64,000 nucleotides of DNA from Eledone cirrhosa. Lineage: Eukaryota. The position numbers and the translations under genes are program-made. Below, piece by piece: positions 14,344 to 28,440 of the stretch; positions within the stretch are counted from its first letter, which is position 1, and each line of letters starts with the position of its first letter. The notes below the pieces were generated by a model. That model did no database searches. It saw only the letters and a list, made by a program, of their open reading frames with translations, and was not told the DNA's origin. The DNA lies in contig OZ024742.1 of assembly GCA_964016885.1 (NCBI GenBank), positions 119,350,001-119,414,000 on the forward strand. Direction: 5' to 3'.

Positions 14344-14344
<1 letters not shown>
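13461..14344 (+). mobile_element. Internally deleted mariner (Tc1/mariner) DNA transposon
   Basis: ~40 bp TIRs cgaggtgtgtcagaa.agttccagga.tgatgtcacaaaa, TA context; ORF has DDPRSGRP, WVP-like MVPKLL and TGDESW. Confidence 0.92.
13674..14312 (+). pseudogene. Mariner transposase remnant lacking most of the DD34D domain
   Basis: HTH domains and first catalytic D (TGDESW) fused directly to C-terminal LKG.RF...W.KRMEKCI..QGDYFE. Confidence 0.85.
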
Positions 14345-14397
<53 letters not shown>

Positions 14398-14422
14398 GAG
14401 ATATGTCAGAAAAGTTCCAGGA

Positions 14423-14453
<31 letters not shown>

Positions 14454-14463
<10 letters not shown>

Positions 14464-14749
14464 AAACGAAAAATCAGTGATGCATCTGGACTCAGTTTAT
14501 TGTGTGTTACAATTGTTTCCCCGGCTGTGAGAAAATTTGTTCCGAAAGTTTTGCCTGTGTCCGACGAACCCGCAGATCTAGAACCAGACAGATCCATACA
14601 ATGATCGTGTCTCGAGCTATCTGCCGGCGAAACAATTGTAACACACAATAAACTGAGTCCAGATGCATCACTGATTTTTCGTTTTATATTATATCACACT
14701 CAACTGGCTCAACTGGCATACCGCCTGTGGAAGCATCATAGCTACCATT

Positions 14750-14750
<1 letters not shown>
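14454..14750 (+). mobile_element. Fold-back HHR mini-element (PLE pLTR-like)
   Basis: 14454-14525 is an inverted copy of 14624-14694; HHR in the forward copy; flanked by (TA)n and (CA)n. Confidence 0.75.
14556..14645 (+). ncRNA. Type-I hammerhead ribozyme motif (core U4C variant)
   Basis: UGUGU CCGACGA A CC.GCAGAU...AUCUGC.GG C GAAA CAAUUG UA ACACA; palindromic stem III ACAAUUGU. Confidence 0.65.
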
Positions 14751-14827
<77 letters not shown>

Positions 14828-14831
14828 GCAC

Positions 14832-14894
<63 letters not shown>

Positions 14895-14895
14895 C

Positions 14896-15083
14896 CAGAC
14901 CTGCCAACCTCTAAAATGCCAAACAGGGAGTAGCATGAAAAAAAGTGTCCAAAATGGGGAGAAACGAGAGAAAATGGGGAGATTTTACATAAGGAAAACT
15001 ATAGCCATTTTCACAAGAGAAGACATCTCTCACCCACTCCAAAGGCTATTGCAAATCTCCCCATCTCACGAGGAGAGTTGACA

Positions 15084-15088
<5 letters not shown>
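14896..15088. mobile_element. Probable hAT-type MITE
   Basis: Terminal inverted repeats cagacctgccaac / gttgacaggttt; subterminal gggaga repeats; TSD obscured by microsatellites. Confidence 0.55.
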
Positions 15089-15174
<86 letters not shown>

Positions 15175-15776
15175 CTCTTGCTTAACCGCTTAAAGTGCTT
15201 GCATTACATGTAACACCTTGCCACACAATAATCGTATACAAATGAGACACACTTGCATGCTCCATGTGTAACTAACGCATACACTACCTACTAGATCTGA
15301 CTATCAAACTATCCTCCTGCATTATCTGTGTTATCTGCCGAATGTATTTTAATTTTGATTTTGATTTTATTTTAATATTGATTTTGATTTTGATCTAGAA
15401 TTTGAATTGCTGTACAAAAATAGTATAGTGTAATATATGTCACTCCACTGTACATCAATATATATATATATGTATGTATCTGTATGTCTCTTGCGTTGGA
15501 TAGGAGGTCAATTATATGTACAAACATTGAAAAATGGTCCGAAGACTCCAAGCCTAGGTTTGGATGAAACAATTGTAAGTGAATAAATGTTTTGAACATA
15601 GCTTTGATTCTTGTGAATTCTATATAACTGCTCTGTAGAACAACTGACGTTATTACACTGAGCTATTTATCTTACTGGTAATAAGGTAGTAATAAATTAC
15701 TGACCTTCACTGTTTAAGGTTTATAATATACATAACTATAAAAAGTTTAATATATACATAACCATAAATAGTATCC

Positions 15777-15857
<81 letters not shown>

Positions 15858-15954
15858 TAAATGGAAACTATATTTATAAAACCATATTTATTTTATTATA
15901 TATGTTTAAAAAATGTTTAAGCTTGTTGAATCCCAACAAATTAAATATAACCTC

Positions 15955-16000
<46 letters not shown>

Positions 16001-16062
16001 TATCCACGACGCAGAGCACTCACAACCTCTAACAGGATTACCTATAACGATAACTTGTTATC

Positions 16063-16102
<40 letters not shown>

Positions 16103-16107
<5 letters not shown>

Positions 16108-16293
16108 AACAAGTAAGACCCCGACGGCTGAGCTCAAGCCGTTTCGACGGCTAATTCTGGAATAATTAGCCGTCGAAACGGCTTGAGCTCAGCCGTCGGG
16201 GTCTTACTTGTTCCTATTACCCACTCTACTACCCTAAGTATTGAGTACTTTGGTGCGTTATGGTCCACCTGGTTCCTTACCACATTTCCTTCG

Positions 16294-16294
<1 letters not shown>
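16103..16294 (+). mobile_element. Perfect 54-bp-arm palindrome built on an HHR half (stem II, GAAA, stem III, GUC) plus 3' tail
   Basis: Arms 16103-16156 and 16164-16217; GACGGCUAAUU/AAUUAGCCGUC GAA ACGGC..GCCGU C GGGGUC. Confidence 0.8.
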
Positions 16295-16388
<94 letters not shown>

Positions 16389-16430
16389 CAATATTAAATA
16401 AATGGAAAACTATATTTATAAAACCATATT

Positions 16431-16496
16431 TATTTCATTATATATATTTCGGGGATATCATATTAACAATATGCTATGCCTTCATCAGACAAAATA
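16431..16496 (-). ncRNA. Type-I hammerhead ribozyme motif
   Basis: UAUUUUGU CUGAUGA AGGCAUAGCAUAUU-GUU-AAUAUGAUAUCCCC GAAA UAUAUA UA AUGAAAUA; 8-bp stem I, stem II with 3 mismatches. Confidence 0.75.
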
Positions 16497-17031
16497 CAAT
16501 ATAAACAGTTTTATAGACAAATAGGTTCGACATACCGTTATAACACCGACTTCATTTGAAGAGGTTTACTCTGGCTGTGAAAAAATTTTACACAGAGAGA
16601 AAGAAAAAGAGAGAAAACAGAAAGAAAGACAGAAAACGAAGAAAAGGAAGAAAAAGAAGAGAAAGAGGAAATGCATGGAACAAAATAGAGAGATGGAAAG
16701 ATAGATAAAGTGAAGAACTTCATGTAAAGAAACAGAAAGAGATATATATATATAGAGAGAGAGGAAATAGATATATATATATATATATATATAGAAAATT
16801 AGGTAGTGGGAGGTCATTTTGAGTAAATGTATCAATGATACGTTTATTTATTTATTTATTTATTTAGCTCAAGTATTAATGTAAGGGAGATATATATAGA
16901 GAGAAAAAAAATATAGAGAGAGGAGAGGAAAACAATAGAGAGAGGAAAAAATAGCGAGAGAAAAAATTTAAAAATAGCCAGATATATTCGAGGCGTAAAA
17001 ACCCTATGTTTTAATGTATTAATATTTATAA

Positions 17032-17089
<58 letters not shown>

Positions 17090-17609
17090 GTATGCATGTA
17101 TATATATATACACACATGTATGCATGTATAAACTACTGGAGTCAATATGACCGACTAAGCACTCGAAAGCGGTGCCTCAGCATAATCGTAGTCCAATGAT
17201 TGATATCACAAAACAATAAAACAAAAACTGAAAGAGTACGCCTTCAACAAAGTGTGAGATGACATATTTCCAGATATATTAACTTCATTCGGCTTTCAGA
17301 GATAGATATCTCCCGGATTTCCTGCAAGCCAATTTTCGTGGGTTGTTATTTATTTCAAAGCTTAGCTCAAAACTTATTAATGAACTTTACTTTATATTTA
17401 GTGTATTAAAAAAAAGTTACTGTGAGCTTGATTTATCAGACAAACTTACAAAAGTTTACAAGTTAACTTCCGTTCCTGTAATCATCTGAGAGCAATATCT
17501 GAGGTGGCTGTTACAACATCATTGTCTCCGAGAAAGTGACCTATCAGCTTAAATTTAGCTAAGTTTGGAGGAAGAGGGACTTTCCATGGGATTTTGTTCG
17601 GTCCTCCGA

Positions 17610-17800
17610 CACTGGTTAGATTGATGTTGTTTAAGTTATGCTTAAACTGTTGCAAATCAAATTTACCACCTAAATATTTCCGTGGCAACTCGTTCATAAC
17701 ACCAAGTTCTAGAACCTTTAACCATTTACTTTACAGTAATTTGGGGATCATGCTAGTTTTATTTGGACTCTTTGTCCTACATTATCCCCAACATTGATTC
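17610..17800 (-). mobile_element. Degenerate CR1/Jockey-like LINE C-terminal fragment
   Basis: NELP..Y.G.FDLQQFKHNLNNINL resembles LINE C-termini (WN.LP...L..FK). Confidence 0.4.
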
Positions 17801-18088
17801 ATGGCCTAAATTCTTTAATCGATTAAGTTCGCCTCGGTCAGAGTTTTGATAGGACTAGAAAACTTCCGTTAATTCATATTGATGTATTCCAATATTTTTC
17901 AATACATCTGACGTATTCCAATATTTTTCGTTTTAATCAGACAGTCGGGGAGGGTGGAGTGCCCATAACCTTTGCGATACCCCTTCCTAGACTCAGGTAA
18001 TAGTTTTAAAATTGTGCTGGAACATTTCTCTCGGTTGATATTCTAGGAAAAACGTTGTCTTCTCTTCAGTCAACTTCTGAAAATCCAT

Positions 18089-18200
18089 TACTTCTTCTTC
18101 TTCTTCTTCTTCTTCTTTGCTCACATATTCCTGGGAGGGTCGTCCGATCAGAGTCCTAAAGCACGCCTTCCAGCAGGTCCTGTCGAAAGCAACCATCTCC
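18089..18200 (-). mobile_element. RTE 3' fragment
   Basis: VAFDRTCWKACFRTL plus (GAA)n tail; same family as 7604 and 21885. Confidence 0.7.
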
Positions 18201-21200
18201 ATTTGCATAAACATATAACGAATTCTTAGATATTTCCTCGTCTTATCAAATTTATATAAACCACCATTTATTCGCACTGAGTATTAATTTTAATATTTTC
18301 TAATTGTTTTAGTAAGCTAGTTCATTGTTTTGCATATAGAATTGACTTTGCTTTGTTGAGTCGGTATCGACGATGAATGTTCCAGTTGTTCGATAAACAG
18401 AGCAATTTGCTCACGAAATTAATGGCGAAGTCACTGGGCATTCCACAGACACACTTACTCGTAATTTAATTTACAGGAAAATTTTGTGAGACAGTGTATG
18501 ACAAGGCGGAGTCTTTGAATTACAGATACAGCTCATCTAACGGGCTTCCAGTTTCCGTCTAGCAAATTTCCCTCACAAGGCATGAGTCGATCTGACGTTA
18601 TGGTAAATGACATTTGCCCCGGATAACATGCAGTATGATTGAATACGGAAGCCAATGCTGTGTTTGTGTTGAGTAGGTAGTTACATGTTTATGCAACTAT
18701 GTATGCTGCTATTTATGACAAATTAAGTACTGAGAGTAGAGGGTGGTGCTGGAGAAGTTTCACCAGATATAACCCTGCCCTTATGCCTTCCGAAGTCAAT
18801 AAGCTTAATACAAATAATATTCTACGATCGAGTTACAAAACCAGTCAGCATGTCTACTAAAGAGAAATCAATATTTTAATATCTCCAATCTATTGCATTA
18901 ATTTCTGTTGAAGGTTTCTTTTGTGTAATGCAATTTTTCGAACGATATTTAATTGTTTTTTTTATCGCATTGAAAATTGTCATTTAAAAATGCATGATAT
19001 GTTAATTTCTTATATGTATATGAGGACTAATACTTTGTTTATCAGTATAATCCTAATTCAATAATATTGTTTTAATAATGATCTTTTGTCTCTATGCAAA
19101 ACCAATTTAATTCCCGAAAGAATTTAAGTCAAAGATGAACACAGTGACTTTCGAACGCAGAACGTAAAAATGACATAACTAAATGTCTCTAATGTATTTT
19201 GTTCGACGTTTCGCTGTTGTGATACTTTAACAAGCATCTTGGCCAATGCATTGCAATTTTTGATTTGCACATGGCTTTTGCAGACATTGTGAGACGTTTG
19301 AGATCGACGCTGTTGGGGTTCTGTTTGAAGTCATTAATGATTATGACATCTAAGAAGGATGAAGATATATATATGCTTTCGATACAGAATGACATATATA
19401 ATTGAAGATTTGGTAATAGGCTGGAGAAATTCGGAGAACGGTAGAAGATGTATTTCAGGAAGTGGTGAAGCGAAATTTTGAGCTAGAGTAACTGTAAGTC
19501 CCTTTTGTGTTGATATTCAAGTGAGTTAGGTGAGTGTTGGGGAGAACGGAATCTACATTTACAGAGATATCATCTTTCAGAGTAAAGTTTGAGTCCTGGG
19601 TAGTAGAAATGAGTATTCGATATGGGTGAAAATTGTGTCTGATAGATATATGATTTATATTTTAGGAATTGATTTTATGGTGCTGGTTGGATCGAAGACA
19701 CAGATATTTTAGAAGAGGAGTGATACTTATCTAGCAGATTTACTCTTATGATTTGGCTGGAACATTTAAGAGAGTGTAATGGGTGTTCATGCACTGTGAG
19801 ATCACGCTAACCTTTGCCGTAAGCAGGGTACGTATGCTGTGTGACCTCTTCTAAAGTCACCTATGTGTCAAAGTCTGACATTAAAAAAGGTGACGTGATA
19901 AACCTCACACTCTTCATAAATGGACGTTTCTGTTTGCATTTCGTTTTTACTTCCGTATTGTACTTTGAGTTTCTTAATCGCCATAAAATAAAACGAAATA
20001 GGTCAAATGGTACTTTTGATAAGTTAATAATTAGATCTTTAATCATATAGATTTTCAAAAATGTCACTGATAATTTTTTCGTGCTTTTTCTATATCAGAG
20101 CTTGTAATATTGTTTCACGTTATGTTAGCCGCTACATTATCACAAGATAGTCATTGTGTAAACTTATACAAAGGCTTTCCATTTTAATTTTAGTTTATTC
20201 ATCGAATGCATTAGATTTTCTAGTTTGTGGAGCTTATGGAAGTATTGCAAATTATTCAGGAATAGTTAAAAAATATATTTTGGGCTACAATCTCTCTGCC
20301 TTCGTAGAGTGGTTGCATCAGGCTAACACTTTTAAATTCCTCAATATTTTTATGGTTGATAGATTTACCTTCGGGAATATAATTGTTTTCTTTTTAGGAT
20401 ATCGTATTTTAAAAATTATTTTGAGTTTGTTTATGCCATTTGAAAGTTAGTTTCGTTTTGTTCTGTCTCAAATCTTCTCGCATGTGTGTGCGTATTGTAT
20501 ACATATTAAATTGTATATGAATAAGTATTGCATTTCGTTGATCACTCCTCCTTTTGTTTAGTCTTAAACACTGGTCTCATTTTATGCACAGGTTACAAAA
20601 TATTTAATGGGAAAGTCTCAAGCCATACATGAAATAAATTTCAACTGTATATGTTGGGCTCCATGTAACATCTCTTTCTTAATTTTTTTTGTTAAATTTA
20701 ACCTTCATTTTAGTGATGTTATCGGATTTATTTTAAATGTTAGAAAAAACTACGTTTACAAGTCCATGATGCGTAGTTGCTATATGTGTGTATATATTAA
20801 AGTGAACGGAGATCTCTCGAGATAGCTCCTTGAAAATGAAATATGCCTACAAGAGAACAGTTAGAATAAATTTTAGCTGTTGTGTGAAACGTGCTCCATC
20901 GATCGAAGTGGGGCACAGGGAAAGACTTGTCTGAATGTTAAGACAGAGGAAGAGGTGAGGAGATACGGAGAGCTGGCACTGCAATATATGAGGCGATGGA
21001 ATACAAAGATCAAGGCTAAAGGTATTGGCAGTAACGTTGAATCTTCGTTAGCTGTCACCTATGCAACGTTGTATGAGAATGTTGGGAGCGCAAAGGTAAT
21101 ATTAAACAATATGCAGTCAGATGGGATCTGCATAGATATAGAAGTCTTTTTTGGCTAAGACTGGGAAAATTCTAGAAGGACGAATCAGTCGTTCTTCCAT

Positions 21201-21235
21201 AAGAATAAGGTAAGTGGTCTGTCTCGTTTCCCTCG

Positions 21236-21380
21236 ATCGGACGCCATGTTTTCCAGCATAGTTATGTCCCTTTACGGTCTGAGTTCAAATCCCGCCGAGG
21301 TTAACTTTACCGTTCGTCCTTACGGGGCTGATAAAATAAAGTATAATTGCTGGCCTTGTGCCAAAAGTAGAAACAATTAT
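21236..21380 (+). mobile_element. MetaSINE-like SINE (5' truncated)
   Basis: B box gagttcaaatccc, core and tail. Confidence 0.8.
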
Positions 21381-21384
21381 TTAG

Positions 21385-22073
21385 AATAGGCTGCGTGAAT
21401 GCACGTAGCCCGGAACCGCCTCGAAAAACAACGCCTTCTTTTGCACGACCTCAGGTCACTAGGTTCTGGCAGACCATCCACCGACTTCGTAATAAGAACG
21501 ATTCCTCCACAATTTATATCAAGAACACGTCCAGAGTTCTCCTCTCTTCAGAGAGGTGCATCCTCGCGAGGTGGAGAGAATACTTTGCTGATCTCATAAA
21601 CCCGATCACAACATCATCTTCTGGTGTACACGAGGTGCATCTGGGAGCGGTGACTAATCTCTCGAGGCTGAGGTCACATGAGCAGTTAAATAACTAAAAT
21701 GTGGCAAGGTCACTGGGGATGTTAAAAACATTAAATAGAGAAGATATTCTCTGACTGACTCGTGTGTGCTGGGTGGCCTGGATCTCTAGAAAGGTACCTA
21801 AGTAATGGTAATAGTGTTAATCACAATTTTCAAAAAGGGAGACAAGAGAGATTGTTCCAACTACAGAGAGATCTCCTTGTTAGATGGTTGGATAATATCC
21901 ATGATCTTGGCTGATCTCGCTTGGGGATCCAGTCGGATCAGTTGGAGTCGGTTGCTTTTGACAGACCCTGTTGGAAGGAGTGTTTGAGGACTCTTCCCCA
22001 AACAACCCTCTCAGGAATAAGATGGCGAAGAAGAAGAAGAAGAAGAAGAAGAAGAAGAAGAAGAAGAAGAAGA
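21385..22073 (+). mobile_element. Internally deleted RTE-like LINE
   Basis: RFWQTIHRLR, RWREYFADLIN, IFKKGDKRDCSNYREISLL joined to the 3' end and (GAA)n tail. Confidence 0.8.
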
Positions 22074-22479
22074 ATATTGTTGTTGTTGTCATTCTTGTTG
22101 TTGTAAACTGAATGGTAGCTTCAGATTTCTGGCGGGACCCAAAATGTATACATCATCTGAGTAACAGCCTCTATAATAAACTTGTGGAAAGTGATTTAAT
22201 TAGATGGTAAAACGTAGAATGTTTTGAAGTTTCCTGTGCGATATTCTCAGTCATGTGATAGCTAGTTGTTCTAGTTACTGACAACAACAGCTGCAATCAA
22301 CAAGGATAAATGTTAATAACAATATCCATAAAAAGCCCAAGAAAATAAAAGAAATCGCAAGAAACGATAACTCTAGAATCAACACGCCTAGAGGCGGCTA
22401 TAGAAAATTGGTGGCTACAGCTTAAGTAGACTATATAGAAACTTTTGCAGCATGACAAATTCCTATTTAACGGTTCCTG

Positions 22480-23000
22480 CCTAGTACATTGCAACCCATA
22501 CCTATGGTCATGAATCTTGGGCAATGACCGAAAGAATAAGATCGCGAATACAAGCGACCGAAATGGGATTCCTCCGAAGGGTCTTTGGAGTAACGTTACT
22601 CCATAAAGTGAGTAATTCGGAGATGAGAGACTCACTTTGAAACATCATAACTCCAATACAATGAGCATGTGGTTAGAATGTCTCAGGAAAGAATCGCTGG
22701 ACAAATTTTACGGGCAAAACCAACCGGCAGGAGACCCAAAGATCCAAAACAAGAGATTTAACCCTTGTGCAGTTAGTCATTGCACCCAATATTTCAGCGG
22801 CTGTTATCGGCCTTTTGCAGGAGCAAGATGGGTGGATAACATCCATGAGCTTGGTCTTTTCACACTTGGGGATCCAGTCGGATCGGTTGGAGATGGTTGC
22901 TTCTGAAGGAGTGTTTGAGGATCTTCTCCAAACACCTCAGAAATAAGTAGGCGAAGAAGAAGAAGAAGAAGAAGAAGAAGAAGAAGAAGAAGAAGAAGAA
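22480..23000 (+). mobile_element. RTE 3' fragment
   Basis: TYGHESWAMTERIRSRIQATEMGFLRRV plus (GAA)n tail. Confidence 0.75.
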
Positions 23001-26000
23001 GCCTAGTACACGTCATACCATGAAAACAAATTAGATTTGAAGGCTGGAGAAACTGGATGATTCAGTATTTACAAAATAAGTTATTTATAAAATTACTTTA
23101 TTTATTTATAAAATTATAATGACTGCCTGTTCTAAGCACATCTGGCTCTTGAGTACTTTTAGTCGAGTCTATGCGGTTCAAGCATTCGGACCATATCTTC
23201 AATGTGAGAAGACTTCTTTCTGACTTCTCATCAGTCTCAGAGGCTTTTGAAAGGATCGCATTATAAGCCATAAAAAAATAACATGAAGGTAAATAACGAA
23301 GATTAAGAGAGAAAACTGTTTGCAGTAGCAGCAACATCAACAACAACAGCTCCACGAACCAAATGAGGGAATCACTGCATAGTCGTTTAATCTGCTAAAA
23401 TAGCAGCCAAATATTCCTCAAAATCATGCTCTACTGTCTTAAAAAGGACGTTAGATAATGAAAGTTTGAATAAAAGGCGAAACGATCATCGTTGAAAGGC
23501 CTTGCTTATCTGGCTGCTCGATCAGGGCTGAACTGAAGGGGCCAAACAACGATAATAGCTCCTTCTCACTCTCACATTATGAAATTGATAAACGAACCCC
23601 GTTGTGAAAATATTTTGAGATGGAAATGAAATGTATCAAGGGAATAAAATGTTTGTAATGTCATTGACACCACAAAGGAAGTTGAATAAATTATTCTAAT
23701 GGGATGTATAAGATTTCGACTTCGCACCAATTGTCAGACATAGAGGAAGTATTCGTTTCATTCCAACGATAAGAAATCTAAATGTCGTATGTTGAATGCA
23801 TTACAAGCGAGACGTTCACCTTAAGTAAAGGGTTACTCTCCCACTTTTTATTTTCAATTACTCTTCTTTTTCTTTTCTTTTTCTTTCGTTTAGTCGTGTT
23901 GAAAAAAGTTACAACGATAGTTCAGAACCAGTTAAGAAAACTCTATATTTGTGTATGTCACCACCTTCTCTCTATTTCTCTCTCTCTATATATATATATA
24001 TATATGGCTTCCTCTCTCTATATATATATAGCTTCCTAACTGTCTCTCTCTCTCCCACACACGCTACATTTTCTCTATGCCTCTTGTCTTCTTAATATAA
24101 ACGGCATGAAAACATATCCCAAGAGTACCTTCTGCATGAAGAACATATAGTTAAGTGCAGATTAACATATTTAAGAGGATGGATCGAAAATATGTTTTAA
24201 TCAATTGAAATTATAACTGTAATAAGAAGTAAAATCGTTGGCGTTAAACCTTAAAGATGCAAAATTCCAGTTGATCGAAAATTAAATGGAGATATGTAGG
24301 GGACAGGGAATGGGATTTTCAGCAGCTACGGTGACACTCCTGAGACACATTTCAATCTTATTAGACCTATTCAACAGTCCATTAAACTGTCAAGCCTTCA
24401 GAACAACTAATAGTTATAGCTTTTTATGTGAAAATAATTTACTAATTAAGCAAATTAATATATCATTTGAAATTTTTTTTACTATATACAAATAATTCTC
24501 CTGTCGAAAGCACCATAGATCCTACTTAAAGTCAATCAGGAATATTTAAATGGTTCCTTCAGAGATTTCACATATGCCGTTTGACCGCAACATCACGAAC
24601 ATCTCGCCTATGTAATCTCAACAGTCTCTTACACATTACTGAGATGAAATTCAGAATCGAGGAAAATGGACGTGGATCTGCATCCATAACAAATAGTTTA
24701 AAAAAGCTATTTGTTGCCGACAAAGGTATACGGCGGATGTATTTCAACTGCAACACATTAACCCTCTCTCTCTCTTCCTTTCTTCAAAATAGAACTAAGT
24801 CTGAGAAGTCAAACCTTTTTCTTTCCTCACCACAAAAAAAAACAAAAACATTTACGCTCGCTCTATAAATCAATGAGATTCGCTATTCGCTATGTGATTG
24901 ATGGCCTTCTTGACAGTCCGGATGTCTGAAAACATAAAACTAGACATTTTAATTAAAACCGTTAACGCAAATATTCCTCGAATTTATTGTTCAAAAGAAC
25001 GAGTTGGTGGTGTACATTAAAACAAATAAAATAGTAATGGAATTGAAGATAAAACTATTTCTCCAAAAAACACTTTATGATGGGACACCAGAAGGTTGTT
25101 ACGATATTAAGAAAATGTTTCTTAATGGACATGGGAGCCTTTAAAGTTTTAATAAATCTCAGTTATTAGAAGGGTTTTTGATATAATTAATTTTGCTATT
25201 TACTTAATTTTTTCTTCATCTCATTAATCTACAATAATGTTGAAAATATAATGTGTTATTAGGGATGACCTTACGCCTGTTTAGAAGCAGTGCTAAATAA
25301 TCTCAGATCACTTTGTATACCCTTCGTAACCATCAAGAATTCTATGAATTGCTAACCTCAAGCACTAGACTTCTTTCTGACTAGGATTATTAACACTTAG
25401 TTTAGTCATGCCGGTGCAAGTGGCGTGTGGTATCTGATTCTGATATGTAGCGTTTATCAACAGCATTGCACCATATTTAGATAAAGGACTAGACTGTTGA
25501 TGGTAGACGCCACTACGTACCTCGACAGAATGCTCTTCATTTCAAGAATAGACACAGAATTGAATAAGAAATCGATCACAGCATTTCAACTAAAAACGTT
25601 GTGGTAAGTCTTTTGAATTGGATGATCTACACAATAAATTGTGAGGGTACGTCTTTGTCATTCTTATTCCAGCCGTGTCAGTTGACATGTATCAGCATTA
25701 CTAAGAAAATGAGGCGCCCAGATTAGATACTGTTAGATCCATAACTCATCTGGGTACAGATTTAAAGTCAAAGTACTACTTAAGATGTATTTATTTCGTC
25801 CTCTGTGAGATTGATTGTAAAATGCCGCGGAGATCTATACAGAACAGACTTTATTTTGTGCAATATACAGTTGTTTTTATTGTTGATATTTAGCTCCAAA
25901 ACAGGGCAAATCGAAGACTTATGATTAAAGACTTTACAACTTACACCATTTCATCTTATTTTTATAGAATATTATATCTACTATATCCTTATTTAATATG

Positions 26001-27233
26001 GTTGGGTGAGATTGTAGAGTAAATTAAAAGAGTCAACCAGGAATGACCAATGTGCTAGCAGTGAAAATGTCCTGCGACCATTTTTTCCATGCAAAACAGC
26101 TAAGGCGTGTGATCTACGACAAGAAAGCCGTTCGATTGGTCCAGGCGGCAGATGCAAGATATTGCAATAAAGCCACAATTCGGTTTCTAGCAAACAAGCG
26201 CGTGCTACTTAATTTCAATCTGATGTATACAGTTTTCAAATGGCATTTTGCCAAACTGGTTGGCGCGGGCAATGAAGCAGAGACAGTAGTTGACTTAGTT
26301 CCTTGCTCCATCACCTGTCGTAACTCTCGCTAGAGAAAGACAGATAACAATTGAGATACGGTTCGCGGTATATAGATGTATGAGGGGAATATCATCTGTT
26401 TTACATATATCGGTCAGATTTGTTCACCTACATTTTAGTGTATATCTACTACAAAAGTACTTTCGTTTTGTGAGCCGGAAAGTGGCAACGCTGTTGAAGA
26501 AGTGTGTAATTAATAATTTCTAATTCATAATACATTTTTTGACCAGGGTACTAGCAAAGACGTTGATAGTATAGGTCACAGGTTCTCAACCCATTTAGGC
26601 CAAACGCCCCCTTTTGTCCCTCGAAATTACGAAACGCCCCCTACCCTATTTTTCCATTTTTCAATATACTACTGATTTGTTGATATCTGTAGATTACTAA
26701 AAAATTGATTAACAATATTCCAAAGATACCATTGCAGGCAGCTGAGAGTATAAATACATTCCTTGAAAGGAAATATATAAATTTCAAAAAAAGGAACATA
26801 AATGTTCTTTTTTATGAATAAGGACCAGTTGAATTTGTTATATTCCCACCAGGCGATACCAACGATACCAACAAGAGCAACTCTGTCTATCCAAAGAGTG
26901 CTCTTATCTGGAAGAAAGTGGCAATTATATCATTTCAAAGCTTTCCAATTTTCCCTTTAATGAAACAGACAGAATAAATGTTGATATCAAACCTGATGTC
27001 CCCTCTGCTTTGTGAGCTTAGAGACCACGGAAGAGGGTTTTTATAACCACGCGGGAGGGTATATTTATTAGTAAATGGTAAAATATATACAACAAATGAG
27101 TAAGTGAATTGTAGTAGATGGTTTCCAGTCCAGTCAGACTGCAACTACAAAAAAAAAAATTGTTAGTTTGCTTTGTAACAATATCATATCCAAGTTTTCA
27201 GATAAATCAACTTACTTTAACTTTGACCTCATT

Positions 27234-28045
27234 TCAATGGGACCCTTGAACTTTATGGAGTCTAGCTAACTCTTTGACGCCAGGCTGGATTTTCGTAAGA
27301 TGTAGCCGGAGATCTCCACGTGTAATTACATTGTAGCGGTTGCGAGCCTTACTGTGCAGTCTGGAAACGGCACCAAACCTCCTCTTGACTAAGTATGAGC
27401 TTGGAAAAGGCAGAGCAAATCTCTTAGCCTCTGCATGTAGGTGTGAAAATCGACGCTGAATTTCCTCTTGCATCCAAAAAAGGGGTTCACCTATTTTGGG
27501 AAATCTAATTTTGATCATGTCATTTGCTTGAACTTCAATGAATTCTTCCTGAAATATAACGTCCAAATCATCGACGTTAGCTATGAAGGGATCTGATACC
27601 CACATTGGGATGTCCATCGGCAAAAGGTCGACAAACCGTTCTCTCATGTTGTCTTGTAGCGCACGGAGGTGAGCGGTATAAATTTGGAGTTGGTCATCGC
27701 TTACAATGTTTTGAACATTGGCGACGCTAGGAAAATTATAGAATTCCCGTCAACAAAGATTCCTTTCAATGACATTCAATTTGGCCAAGAATGTTTTCAC
27801 AGCATTCCTTGCTTTAAGCAAGGTGATCTTCTTCCCCTGCAAAGCCAAAATGACGCTATTGCATTTGTCGACGATGTCGGTGAGGTAGGCGCAGTTTTGC
27901 CTCACATCGAGGGTTTTCTTGTACAGTTCTGTGTTTCGTCCTCGCAGAAACTCAATGATAGAGTCGAACAGTTCAAAGAAGTGAGTAAGGCAGTTGCCCT
28001 TTGAAAGCCACCTCATTTCATTATGAAGGAGCAACTTGACGAATT
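27234..28045 (-). pseudogene. hAT transposase C-terminal remnant
   Basis: LLLHNEMRWLSKGNCL, LPFPSSYLV.R.F.AV, RNR...RGDLRLHLTKIQP (hAT dimerisation domain); broken frames. Confidence 0.85.
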
Positions 28046-28330
28046 CATCATCATCATCATCTTCGTTTAACGTCCATCTTCCACGGTAGCATGGGTTAGA
28101 CGGGAGTTGTCCCACTTGAGGCAAGGTAGGTCGGGTGACCGTGTCTCGCTCATATGGAACTGTCTGGCAGGTTTTCTACGGCTGGATGCCCTTCCTAACA
28201 CCAACCACATTTACAGTGTGGAACTGGGAACATTTTACCGTGTTAACTACACGACCACATTACAGCGTGGACTGTGTTTTTTTTTGTTTTTTTTTGTCGT
28301 GACACCTACACGATCTCGATCTCATTATCT
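28046..28330 (-). mobile_element. Retroposon 3' fragment with (GAT)n tail nested in the hAT element
   Basis: (cat)n then cgtttaacgtcc...ggctggatgcccttcctaac; interrupts the transposase. Confidence 0.55.
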
Positions 28331-28440
28331 CATTTATTTGGACTGGATGTGGTGTTAGTGGGAGGATAGGGTAGGGGTAGTGGATTGGGGTGTATATTTG
28401 GTTAAGAGGTACCTACTGACTGTAGGTTTCGCTTTGAACA

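Noticed and set aside
23203-23240. Possible HHR (CUGAUGA...GAAA) on - strand
   Set aside because: No pairing stem II and no proper UH cleavage position; likely a chance match.
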